This document shows positions 25,901 to 38,099 of a stretch of 46,143 nucleotides of DNA, piece by piece (position 1 is the stretch's first letter; each line of letters begins with the position of its first letter). Position numbers and translations under genes: made by a program. Under the pieces are notes generated by a model. That model was given only the letters and a program-made list of their open reading frames with translations, did not search any database and was not told where the DNA came from. The DNA comes from Hydrurus foetidus (lineage: Eukaryota): contig UYFQ01000196.1 of assembly GCA_900617105.1 (NCBI GenBank), positions 1 to 46,143 on the forward strand, in the 5' to 3' direction.

Positions 25901-28872
25901 TGAATATCATAGAAATCTGTTTTTCTCATCATCATTGCTTTTGCTTTTTTCATCTGCAGAGTTCCCACACTGCTTTTTATCTGCAAGGATATTTGTCCAC
26001 TAGCTGACTTCTCACCTCCTAACGTCATCAAGTAGGGGTCTAACAAGGGCAGTAAAACATTCAAACTCTTGTCTAAATAGACAGAATCATCACATGTAGA
26101 CGTATGCCGTAACACGGCTGCATGCAGAGCATTTACGGCATCAATTGCTCTTACCCCTGTTCTTAGTGACAGTGCTATACTAGCCAATAGGGAGTGCAAG
26201 GGTACGTAATGATGAGGCGCACGGAGGACAAGAGTGAGTGCAGTGGAAAGCAATTCGTCTCGGAAATACGGCATCTGAGTTGACTGTACATCCGCTATAA
26301 AAGAACGTACGGTAAGCACAGCCGTAAGTACGGTAGAGTAGGTATCTTCGAGGGACAGAGAAGAGCCGAGGGAAGGGAGAGAGGAAGAAGATAAGGGAGA
26401 ATTGTCGAAGTGTGATATAAGCGCTGTAGCGATGGATGGAATAGCAGCAATTGCATTGGAGAGGCTTAACATCAGTCTATACAGCGGAGACACCAACGGA
26501 TGCATTCGAGCCAATTGGACAATCTCCGTGACCAATAAACGGTACCACACAATTAAGCGGGAGTACGTATGTACGGACATGAAAAGTTCGAAAAATATCA
26601 TCAGACTTAATAGGAGATCCTGGTCTGATGGATTCCTGGCAATTATGGAATCTTCGGTCTCAGTTCCTTCTGATTGTTCTGCATTTACGCATACGTCATC
26701 GAAATCTTGAGATTGGGTAGTATTTGAAAGAGATTGCTGCTCTTTAGGCGATGATGCACTAGCAGTAGTGTAGGACAAATCCAATCCTCTTAAGTACTTC
26801 AATGTCTCCAACATGAGTCGGTCATACACTATCACGCACACACTCTTATCTGTGCTACCCCCATCCCCTTCCCCTTCCCCTTTATCTGTTCTACTTATCA
26901 CATCCAATTCTCTCGATGAAAATATCTCGCACCATAGGGAAAAATAAGCCGGAACCAGCCGGTCCCCAAAAGGCCCGGCTCCGGTATCCCCCCCGCACAA
27001 CCCCCCTCCAATTCTCTCGATAAGAAGAGACAACAAAGCTGGATTAACAACGGCATCTTCCTCATCTACTTTCCTGCTTAAAGTGCGTAGTAGCAGTGTG
27101 GGTAGCACATTGTCTAAATACACTGCTAGCAGGGACTCTGGATCCATAGATTCCGCAGATTTTATACTACTGTATAATTGTGATGATGTGGAATTCATAT
27201 GTGCGCGGTCCATGTTGTTACTGTCATTATTTCTGTAGTCACCACGTGATAAATTCATTTCTTTCGCTGCTGTTTTCCTTGTTTTTGACGTGTCCGAATT
27301 GTTTGTTGATTGTGTATTTGAAAGTGAGTGATGTCCTTTTTTTGGATCCAGACCGTATAAGAGCAAACACAACGCTTTATGCACTGTAGTTTGCTGTTTG
27401 CCGTTCAGACGGCAATAAGCGACAATAATGTCAGTAGACGCTCTGTATAGATAGGACATGATGCTGGGTGGCATTGCCAGTGACCCTTGTGAAGAGTATA
27501 TAATGCTGGCAGCAGCGTGTAAGAACAGAGACGTACGTACGGCCGTGCTTGTTTTTAGCCGTAATACGCCGTATTCTTCCCCACCACCATCCTCATCATC
27601 TTCAACATTCCGATCAGCTGCTTGTACAATCGCTTGCAGAATTCCGAGAATTGTGTTAGGAATCTTTTCCATGATCTTTTTTTCCACACCCGTCAATGTC
27701 ACACTGCATTCCGACAAATTCAACAGAGATAAACAAGGAGCAACAGCAGAAATGCTTTTCACAGCTTCAACCACTGCTTTATCTTCAGTTGATGTAGATA
27801 TTAAAGAGCTTAGAGAAGCATTGAATAAATTTTGTAAGACCTTTAGGGCATCACCAGAAACTCCTGAAACGGCAGCAGAAGATATTTCCGAAAGTATAGA
27901 ATAAAGTGCGTCATCGGAATGTTTCACAATAGAAGGCTTCCCGGTCTTATGGCATTGCAAAACAGCTTTGTATGTTTCTATTGCGTTCTTTCCTATTAGA
28001 GTGTGGAAGATGTTTGTGTGGTGTTTTATCAACCGTAGAGCCTTGCACACGACAGCAAATCGTGTCAAGTCCCCACTTCCAGCTGCAGATATTGCCTTCA
28101 GCAAATATCCCCATAGCTCCGTATTCCCAGAGAATGTGTTCCTAGACTCTTCAAAGAACATGCATCGGTCAAGACAGGAGAACGTTCCTGCAATCGTGGA
28201 GAGTTCAGGCTCCTTAGCTCCTCCTGAGAAGTTCCTCTTCAACTCAAATAAGCAGAAGTCAATAAGAACGCCTAATTTCAATTTGATGTGCTCATGATCG
28301 CTGTAGAATTCAGTCAGTAAACCCATGACTTTTAAGAGTTCGCATCGCATTCCTTTAGTGATCTTTTTATTCGTTCTTAATTCTTTGAACATCATCTCAT
28401 AGACAGCAACCAAGTTTATCTTTTCTGGTAGCAAGATTCTAGAGAGATCATCGGTGCTCCGACCGCCACGTCTCAATATGTTCTTCAAGGGTAACAGGCT
28501 TGCTGTTTTTACCTCATTTGATTCTTCAATCATAAAGCTGCTGTAAAATGCAGAGAACGCATGCATTGCATACTGTTCTATAGACTCATCGCCTTTGATA
28601 TACTGTGCCAGAAATTTTAGGGCCTGCACTTTCGCTTTAACTAATTCCTTGTTATCTTTTGAGTGAGAGGAGTCCCTTAGAAATACCAGTAAACTTGGAG
28701 GATTCTCGCTCTGGAACAATAGATGCGAAATGTACTCTTGATCTACATCCCCAACCTCGTCACTAAATGCATGCGCAGCTATGTTGCTAACAATTGTGCT
28801 CGGCTCGAGGACACTATCATTCTGTTCAATCGAGGATTGTAAATCGAATAAGAGTCTCTCCAAAACTTCCAT
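5281..28872 (-). CDS. PRKDC: DNA-dependent protein kinase catalytic subunit (PIKK family), roughly 5200 aa. Approximate exons: 28872-25497, 25199-24880, 22172-22000, 21772-21670, 21497-21418, 20944-20123, 19728-19170, 18965-17426 (possible extra intron 18502-18310), 17040-16962, 16855-14847, 14409-13639, 12776-10768, ~10495-8179, 7694-7524, 7170-7044, 6584-5281
   Basis: Kinase domain: GFDSQLLVMSSMRKPKRIKMFGSDGKEVMFLVKGGEDLRNDERI...YILGLGDRHLEN...IDFG...PVPEFIPFRLT, ending in FATC STDPDVTVRQWVGLATWI*. DNA-PKcs-specific blocks: LDKLLPRVVEL, DRQARLAAAEFLHG, EYFKWIVKQ...HPQEMKRLGA, LEMNDLNTQSCM, YRKYKEGELPDI...LLKPLQ, LKEFSTWLNDF...IEIPGQY. Two local reading-frame anomalies are described under findings. 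Confidence 0.93.
10676..10726. repeat. (CAAAT)n pentanucleotide microsatellite, intronic
   Basis: About 10 tandem units read directly. Confidence 0.9.
12963..13458. repeat. Compound microsatellite (TAGTA)n then (CAGTA)n in a PRKDC intron
   Basis: The unit switches abruptly near 13300. It gives rise to the spurious YYTIL/YCTVL ORFs. Confidence 0.97.
14707..14840. repeat. Degenerate (CACTA)n pentamer repeat next to a splice donor
   Basis: cactacactgcactgcactacaccac... read directly. Confidence 0.85.
17191..17324. repeat. (CATA)n/(CA)n microsatellite, intronic
   Basis: Tandem catacata... read directly. Confidence 0.9.
19910..20066. repeat. Compound (GAAA)n(GGAA)n tetranucleotide microsatellite, intronic
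   Basis: Pure purine tract on the + strand. Confidence 0.95.
22301..24808. repeat. ~2.5 kb (TAGTG)n satellite with TGGTG/CAGTG/TG variants, filling PRKDC intron 2
   Basis: About 500 pentamer units. Source of the artefactual 947-aa HYTTL ORF. Confidence 0.98.
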
Positions 28873-29340
28873 TATCGTAAATTAAAGGACCACCGATCAC
28901 AACTTCCACGACCAAAAAGTTGACCACAGCACACTTTGAACTAGGACCACGACACACTTTACTCCCACGAATCTACAGCAATGTGTTACTTCGATGGCTT
29001 TGTTGATGCATTTTGAGGTAGAAGTAGACAACAACTTCTTCCACTTTCAAATATTTGAAATTTCAATTGGTTTTTAGATGCAGATACTGAATTTTCGCTG
29101 CTGCGTTAAATGTCGAGGAAACTGAGCTCGAGCTCACAGCTCGAGCTCTGTAAACTGTAAACTGAGTCCAACGTGCCGAAGATCCAGTCATAACTCGGTT
29201 TCAGCTTTGCTCTCAGCTCAAAGCTGTCTAGTTACTCGCGATGCAATCGTCTGTAAAACTAACCTATAAAATTCCCTGCTGAAGGGAATATATTCATGCG
29301 CTTATGAGTTAGCAGATCAGACGAATCTCTTGGAACTTCA
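28873..29340. promoter_or_regulatory. Probable bidirectional promoter region between the divergent PRKDC and membrane-protein genes
   Basis: Only ~470 bp separates the two ATGs. The interval contains palindromes TGAGCTCGAGCTCA (29123-29136) and AGCTCGAGCT (29138-29147) and an inverted pair CAGCTTTG/CAAAGCTG (~29202-29226). Confidence 0.5.
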
Positions 29341-32300
29341 ATGCACATGGCGCCGTTCATTTTGGCTGCTTGGTTCTTGCTGGTATGACGAGTTGCCTCT
29401 CGCTGATAGCTAGTTACCAGAAACACTTTAATAGAAATGTTCATGTCATAATTTTCTCGTACAGATCGCGGAAGCATATGTCGGAATGTGCTCCAACGAT
29501 GCAATATCTCCGCTGTGCTCTCAAGGTTTCTCCACAGCTGATTACAGCCAACATTTTGCCGCAGTATCGGCGAAGACAATGGTTAATCCCATCACAAACC
29601 AGTTGGATGGGCTAATTATGGATGTGGAGACATTGGTAAATCTACAGGTACGATTTCATTTCACGAGAGACTTCCTGTCCATACGAATGTCGCTTTGCCT
29701 TTTGAGCTCATTTAATTTCGCCAAAGTGGGTCTAAGATCAGTTTATTGAGAGCCACTATCAGACTTGATTGATTGTCACGGCGAATGATCTGAGACGAAT
29801 TTAATTACTTACATTTTCTGCAATAAACAGCGTGAGAAACTACTTATACTGAAAGAAATCAGAGACACGAAATTTCGCTTTCCAGCACGAGATGTTGCAG
29901 ATCGAGAGGGCGAAAGTGTAGGAGAAGGAGCAGAGAATAGCAGGTGGAATTTTCGCTGCTACTATACAGAAGCAGCTTCAAATGCTTCAACGAATATTGT
30001 TCAAATCGTGTCCATGCTGGTTATCTAAATTCAATCAATAAAGGTTAGTTCTGCTCCCTGACTTCTTATCATATTTATTTAGGATAATCGGAAGTAGAGG
30101 AAAAGATGATTTTCCCGAATGTTCTTCGACTTCTGTAGAGCATTCTGCAGAACACTACTATGTTCTGAAAATGCAACAGTTACAGCACTTGGAGAAGGAA
30201 ATAAATACTGTCACTGGTAGAGCTGGAAATCCTTTCAATGGAGAATCAATTAAATCGGTAGGAACAGATTTATCAGATGAGGAACAGAATTCGGACCCTC
30301 AATCATCATCAACAACAGAAATAAAAGCAGAATCGCTGTCAAGTATTATGACAGAATTCACAGACCGAGAACTTAAATTCCACACACCCTACACAATATC
30401 GGCTATTAAATTGCTCAATTTCAAAGTTGACACTATCAAAAATAGACATAAAAATGGACAGAAAAAGGCACAAATAAAGGATTCTAATACTAAATATGCC
30501 CAGAGAGATCTTTCCCCTAAAGGGATAGAAGGAAAACACTCTCCATTGGACAGAGAAAATGTTCATTCAACAGTCGATATTGTTGCTTTGATTGATGACG
30601 CTGGTAAGAGCATAAGTTACCTATATGTTCCTGTTATTTACATCACGGTAATAGTGTTATTTACATCACGGTGATGTTTGCACTAGCGCTGTTATAGTGC
30701 AATTTGCATAATTGTGAACAGAAGAATTTCAATTTTGATTTGTCTCCATCCATCTATGAATTACGTGTTGCACGTAGACTGCATCCTCGCAGAAACACCT
30801 TCTACGATTCAGATCTATTTCATGGTAACTTGACAAAATTTCATCACTCCATGTAATGAAAGACAGGATTCCAATTTCTTACAACACACGTTCTGTTTAG
30901 GAGTGCTACACTTATACGACACCAACTTCAATTCCAATGCAAATACGGAGAAGGCAGAAGGGAGCAGCAAAGAGCTCCTAGCTGTCCCTCTGCTGCATCC
31001 GAAGCACTCTACCGTAACCCACATCAGTTATTACGGTATCGACGGTAAGAATGTACGTTACTGGAATTGAAACTAAGATCCTTCTGATTAGAATCTCCGG
31101 ATAACATCGAGTCCAAGTTCTTCGTGAATAGTTTAGAGTGACTGTCTGGCGTTAATTTTGTAGCTTGTGGAAAATGCTCAGTGTTCTCGTCTTCTACTCA
31201 CTTCTGTCGATTGTGTGACACATGCTCCTTGTCTGCTACATGTTTCTACACTCAGTATCACTTCACTACATAATGCACTGCTCTAAACTCGTTGATGTCG
31301 TATGTACTGCATAGTACGTATCCATATTCTTCAGTACGCACCGTTCCTATCAACGGACTCCAAAATTTACAGATTTCACCTATGTTATGCAATTTGCACT
31401 GTTCTTATCATAGCCCCCTTGTCTATTTCCTGTCATGTGCACTGTTGTTATGCAAGCCACCTTGTGTATTTCCTGTGATGTGCACTGTTGTTATGCAAGC
31501 CCCCTTGTGTATTTCCTGTCATGTGCACTGTTCTTACTTGTTACCTCAATTGCATTTCAGAGTCATGCCCAGTCATCGTGACAGCTGCTACTGATGGATC
31601 TGTGCACGCTACGTACTTACAGGTATGGTATGTTCTACTGTCAGTGCCCATGATAGCTGTAATGCTATCCCTTCTCCGCATTTTCTCCTTACCCCTCCTA
31701 ACTATAATTCTCACTCATTTGTTACCCTGTTTTTTTTATTTTTTCTAAACTACTTTTCTATCAGAGCAACTCACGTATCTTTACGGTCTCTCACTGTGCT
31801 CAATGATTGATGACTTTTAGATTTTCAGATTCGGCTCTCTTGTGGCTGGATCCGATCCCCACAATTATCCTAAAAATGAAAACGTGAATGAAAATGAAAA
31901 TGAAAATGGCAGACTTCTTGATTCCTTCTTGTCCATCAGAGGTCAGTGTCGAGACGATAGTATGAGAGACATGCATCATATAACTTCATTAATTACAACA
32001 TGAAGTGCCTTTCTTAACTTCTAACTTCTCTCTCCCACCTACTCAATACGTACGTACTTTCACTTTCACTTGCACTTGCAGTTTCGAATATCTTGACCGG
32101 ATACACTCTGCCTGCTAGCCCTCTAGGGATAGAAACGAATTCAAATGGTGGAGGAGTGAACAGAGTGAAGTCGAAGTTGAAGTATGGTCAGTGGATTTTA
32201 CCGGACCCAAATCTTCAATCGTTCTCATCGTCATCCTCTACCTCTCCTACAGCCCATACCACCGACAGTCCACCTCTCTCCACTGCAGTATCTAGTGGCC

Positions 32301-35300
32301 ATACTAATCACCACATTGGTTCAACTTCAACTTCAACTTCAACTTCAACTTCAACTTCAATATCATCTCCCCAGTCGTTGTCTTCGTCTGTCACTTCACT
32401 TAGTACAACATTCAGCTCTGGAATCGGAAGGTCCAAAGTCTTCGGCATATATGTAGGTACGGAAAAGGCAATTTTCATAGAATGAACTATTTGTCGGTAT
32501 CAAATGTACGTATGGCTTCATATGTTTCTGTAAACCTCAGCATGTTTGGTATCGACTGGACAGTAATCCCCTATTCCTATCCTCTACCCCCTCCTTCTCT
32601 TCTATAATTGCACCCTGTGTGTGTGCTACTCGCAATAGCAGTTACAATCTGTTTCTTTTTCGAGGCACATCAATGAATTTAGTTGGCGGTCCTGTTCGTT
32701 GACTGTCCATCGTACCCCTGTCTCCTCTCCATTTCCATCTCCTTCCTTTTTCTTCTTTCTCCTTTAATCTTCAAATCCCCCATTTTTTTCCCTCTTCACT
32801 CTTATTACCCGTTTTTTTAAAATTATTTCCTTTCCTCTCCTCACCCTCTCCTGTACTACACACAAAGGGGATTCATCAGGATCAGTCCACAGATTGTCCG
32901 TTCCGACAGATCCTTACCCCTCGCCCAAACGGACTAAACAAACGAGTCCTCCTTCCCCTATATTTCTATTCCTCTCCAAATATATTCCATTCTTTTTTGA
33001 AATCAAAAGTCCAAGTTCCGTGCTTATTTGGGGCCTAAAAACCCTGGGGTCAATTAATTTGATAGAGTCTAGCACTGGTGATTCTGAGACACCCTTTTCA
33101 ATTCCTGAAAAGTTTCTGGATCCTCTAGAAAAAAAGAGTGAAAGAAAAGCAGAGATTGAGGTAGAGAAAGAGGAGGACCCGAAGTTGGAGCTGGAGGAGG
33201 CGATATCTGTGGATGGTGCAGTTGACGGGATTACCAAGGAACAAGTGAATGAGAGAGTGAAGGAGGAGATAGGAGTGGAGAGCGTAGAGGAGGTCAATGG
33301 GCAGGAAAACCAGCGAGGGGGATTGGAAGGAGAGGAAATGAGGGTGAAAGATGGTGAGGAGAAGAGGGGGGAAAAGGGTGGGGAAGAGAAGGTTTCTGTC
33401 AATTCGGTGCATAGAGAGATTCCAGGGCATGCTGTGAGAGACATTGCGCTGTCCAAATCAGGGGAGGTGAGATCAATAAAGACTGCTACCCTGTTATCTG
33501 TGATAATTTACCGCACTCACAGGTCTTCTAATTATTGATGATTCTTATCTGATTCTCACTTCACACCTATTTCCTTTCTCTCAGTAGTTTGTTTGAACTA
33601 GAAGTTTTCCTCTTATCCTTTGCTATTCGGTAACAATTCAAAAGCTTTGCTCCCTCTTCAGATATAGCCAGATGAACCATTTAGGCATGATGTGATATGA
33701 TACAACTTAATATAACATGATATGGTGTCATGCGACCTGACATGATAGGATAGGATAGGATAGGATAGGATAGGATAGGATAGGATAGGATAGGATAGGA
33801 TAGGATAGGATAGGATAGGATAGGATAGGATAGGATAGGATAGGATAGGATAGGATAGGATAGGATAGGATAGGATAGGATAGGATAGGATAGGATAGGA
33901 TAGGATAGGATAGGATGGGATAGGATGGGATGGGATAGGATAGGATGGGATAGGATGGGATAGGATGGGATAGGATGGGATAGGATAGGATAGGATAGGA
34001 TAGGATAGGATAGGATAGGATAGGATAGGATAGTGTGTCTAGTCACCACTGCCATGACTCCCAGTTAGTGTTGTCAACCCAATAGTCTCTCTAGAAGTAA
34101 CGTGCATAATCATATTTCTTATCCTCAATTATTAATTATACCAACAGCTATTGGCCGTGGCCGTAGGATCCACGGTACGGTTGATACAGCCACACCCCAA
34201 AGGTCTCCTCCCGTACTATTGCGCACACACGCACTGGGAAGAATTTGTTATTCAGAATGAGAATGAGAATGAGAATGCAGAACATCCCGATCCAGTGGCT
34301 AATGTAAGACTAAATTAGATTAGTTATGTAAAATTATATCGAGTGATTTAAGTTTTGGTTCGAGGGCAGCGTTGACTGATCATAACGTACTGCAGTATAT
34401 TTCATCATATCTCATTGCTTTGCAAAAGATGGAATGCGAAGGTGTACCACACACAACACACAACACACAACACATAACACACAACACACAACACACAACA
34501 CACAACACACAACACACAACACACAACACACAACACACAACACACAACACACAACACACAACACACAACACACAACACATAACACACAACACACAACACA
34601 CAACACATAACACACAACACACAACACACAACACACAACACACAACACACAACACATAACACACAACACACAACACATAACACACAACACATAACACACA
34701 ACACATAACACACAACTTAACACAAACACATAACACACAACACACAACACACATAACACACAACACACAACAACAGGCAATCTCAACATACACATTCCTG
34801 TACATATATAGAGTACAGCATGCATATCCACATACAAACATTTCTCCCTCAACATCTTCACTGACTCACTCGCTGACTCCCTTTCTTCCTAATGCCTATC
34901 CTGCAGGTTATATTCGACACAAAAAGTCCCACTCTCATCCTCGCTACTCATCAAAGTGGAATCATAACTGTCTACGATACCGCAGCCAGAAAAGCAAAAA
35001 AAGAAATGGTGTGCGCATTCGTATCAATGCACAAACCGTCTAAAAATATAAGCAAAAATAAAATAAATGACAAAAACAACAAAAACATAGTGTCGCTTAC
35101 AGAAGGACAGCTGAATGCCCGACTAATTAAGGGGCACTTACTAACTGCTGTGCAGTGCGGCATATCAGTCTACAGTTTGACTTCTTTTTTTTCCTCGTCA
35201 GTGAGATCGAGTAGCAGGAAGAAATTGGAGCTAGGGATCTCAAACCTTAAAATGGTGAGATTCCGGAATCTAGTGCAACAATAATTCATGTGGAGTTTAA

Positions 35301-36081
35301 TAGTGTTTTTTCTTGACTGTATAACATTTTATTAGACGTTGTTATTATCATTGTTTCTTTTTTTCTTCTTCCCGATAATTCATCATCTCTTTTCACAACT
35401 TCTTTTCCCCTTCGTACACTTCACTTTCCCTTTTCATTTTTTTATTAGATATTAATTCCAATTTTGAAATTTACCTAATTATCAGCACCCTTTTTCACGA
35501 ATCTCTACCTTGATCCTTACCCCTCAAATCCTCCCCTACGTCTCATCCTTCCCACACTCTTTCGCCCTGGTCTACTCGCCTCATTCTCCTCACCTCAACC
35601 ATCCCTCAATCTAATTACCATCGCATCCCACATTCTACAAGTTATCATCCCTCATTCTATTCAACTCCTCAACCCTCATTCTGACTGCCATTGTGTCAAT
35701 CTAGATTATCGAACCTGAAGGATACCACACAGTCCAGGAATGTTCTCCTCTAAAGGGATCAAGAATATTTCTTGACTCGTACACGCCTTCCAGGTAATCC
35801 TATGCACTGCATTGTGAAGTTGGTAGAGAAGTGCTTTATACGGTTCTATGCATCTACGTATTTTGTGAACGGATTTGTCATCTGATTTGTGAAGTTCTGG
35901 ATAGCGTGCGTCTATAGAAAATAATACTCATCTGCAGTTGCTCATCTTGCACTTCACTCCACTCATTTTCACCTTGATTTTGCACTACTCCACTCCACTC
36001 CATTCCTTCGATGATTATCATCATGATGATGATGATGATGATGATTGATGATGATGATGATTGATTGATGATTGATGATCC

Positions 36082-36112
<31 letters not shown>

Positions 36113-37358
36113 GATGATTGATTGATGATTGATTGATTGATTGATTGATTGATGATGATGATCGATTGATTGATTGATTGATTGTCGATTTTCGATTGAT
36201 TGATTTTGATTGATTGATGATTTCTCGATTCGATTGATTTGATCACTGATTTCCTCCCTGACTGACTCCACTCCACTCCACTCCACTCGACTCCACTCCA
36301 CTCCACTCCACCCCCTTTACTCCACTCCACACTACATCATATTCCATGTATTCCTTCCAACTCTGAACTCTTCAACTAGATTTAAACTAACAAAACTGGG
36401 CATACTTAATAGCTCAAGCAGATACCGCAAACCTGGAAACGTTGAAGAGTCCTCATCTCTGACAATTATCGCGTACAACACCCAACACGCAGCAGTCACA
36501 ACTAGTGATGACATCAGTATCAGTGCTCGTGCAAGTGTCAGTGACACAGTCAAGATGGAAGGAGGGACAGGCCAAGGCCCAAGAGAAGGCACGGGGACGG
36601 GGACGGGGACGGGGACGGGGACGGGTTCAGAGTCTGGGTCACAAATGGGAGTGGAAAGAGGGGACGGTTCGAGTCCCGGTCTGGGGTCAGGGTCAGATGC
36701 TAGAATGTGTGAGGGGGAAAGTTCTAGGTCCACCGTCATTATGTACAAGAGTGCAACAGCTTTTTATTCTGAGAGGGTCAGGGACAATGTGAGTAACTTC
36801 AATGGTCTCTAAGAGCTGCTGCGACTAGCACTCTCCGATCAGATCTGTAACAATGGATGACAGATTATACGTTACATACTACAATTCCCTAACACCAATA
36901 CTTGAAATTGTACCGTATCCAACCGCATGCTGTATATTTGTTATATAAGATCAGCATCTTTCTTCATGGTTCATTCCATGGAGCTCATATACGTGATGTC
37001 AATACGCCTCATCAAATCATCGTACATGATAAATTACAACTCAAGAGGCGCCTTCCCCCACACAGTTCAACATTGCAAATCAATGCTAATGTAACCCTTT
37101 TCTTAACAGTTTATGCCCCGGATGAAGATGTGCATGTTCGTGATAGTGGTCACTTGTGCCTCTGTATATAGCGTGTGCTCAGGTGGCAGGAATGGCATCT
37201 CTGTGTCCTCTCTCCTGTCTTCTAGCGGCACCGACCTGCCCTCTAGCAGAGCAGAGAGAAGGCGCGATGAACAGATGATGCGGGATGAAATCAATCAGCA
37301 GTTGAGAGAGGAGGCAGTAAGATATTCTATGCATGGAGACAGAGATATGATGGAGTGA
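29341..37358 (+). CDS. Uncharacterised single-pass (type I) membrane protein: signal peptide, short coiled coil, WD40/beta-propeller-like region, C-terminal TM helix and tail. Exons 29341-29382, 29465-29647, 29831-29943, 30083-30603, 30901-31044, 31561-31622, 31821-31941, 32082-32456, 32868-33466, 34148-34303, 34907-35254, 35705-35793, 36380-36788, 37110-37358
   Basis: Fourteen exons join in frame across GT-AG introns. N-terminus MHMAPFILAAWFLL/IAEAYVG looks like a signal peptide. Propeller-like strands: VALIDDA/GVLHLYD, VIVTAATDGSVHATYL, IYV/GDSSGSVHRL, DIALSKSGE/LLAVAVGSTVRLI, LILATHQSGIITVYD. TM-like segment MCMFVIVVTCASVYSVC near the C-terminus. Confidence 0.72.
31412..31533. repeat. 43-bp minisatellite, ~2.8 copies, intronic
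   Basis: agcc(c/a)ccttgt(c/g)tatttcctgt(c/g)atgtgcactgtt starts at 31412, 31455 and 31498. Confidence 0.9.
33744..34033. repeat. (GATAG)n pentanucleotide microsatellite with GATGG variants
   Basis: Read directly. Gives the spurious YPILS ORF. Confidence 0.97.
34447..34775. repeat. (CACACAA)n heptanucleotide repeat, intronic
   Basis: Read directly. Gives the spurious HNTQHTT/CCVLCVV ORFs. Confidence 0.95.
36012..36330. repeat. (GAT)n/(GATT)n tract followed by (CTCCA)n, intronic
   Basis: Read directly. Confidence 0.9.
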
Positions 37359-38099
37359 AGTGTGAAGGTATTGCACATTGCACTTCAAATGAAGAAAATC
37401 GATAAAAATCAACTATTCCTTTCGTGTCCGATGCTGTAAATATCTTATATATTGCCCATGAATGCAGTCAAATGATCAGGTGCGTGGCACTAGATTACAT
37501 GAAGACAGTAGATTACAAACTCTGTAAGAGCAAACACGTTTTTTTTGATTGTCTAAAATTCCAATTTTTCATATATTCAGAACGCCATAATTACTATTTG
37601 TCTGGCGAATTGTCGCCACGGCAATTATGGAAGTGAAGCGAACTCAACTGTAAAAGTATAGCAAAATCATTACGGCACATCACATACCCTGTAAAATAAC
37701 CGGGGACATCGCAAAGCCTACGGCAGTTACGGTCGGTTCGTTATGCAAAGCATACACTAAATTAGAGGACTTCTCGACTTCTAACTTCTTTTTTAATTAG
37801 GTCTCATAGATACCTACTAAGCACATATCATATATATCTAAGATGAACCACACCTCAGCACAGAAGTCACCTCATCCGTTGGCGAAAGTTTCTGTGCTAG
37901 ATAATTGCGCCTTGCCATGATGGGATGTTCCTATGCCTTTTCCCAACAACTCTCATATATTTTGCTTTCGAGTAACATCCACAAATCTGCGCATCCACAC
38001 CTGCTACCTGTCAATAAGTTATCATTCCCTCGACTTTATACTAACTGAAACGAACGTCGCACATAGTCTAATATTGTCTTTATTCATTTTAACTCACAG

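Noticed and set aside
31412..31533. Possible CRISPR-like array
   Set aside because: The 43-bp units are contiguous with no unique spacers, lie in a eukaryotic intron, and no cas genes are present.
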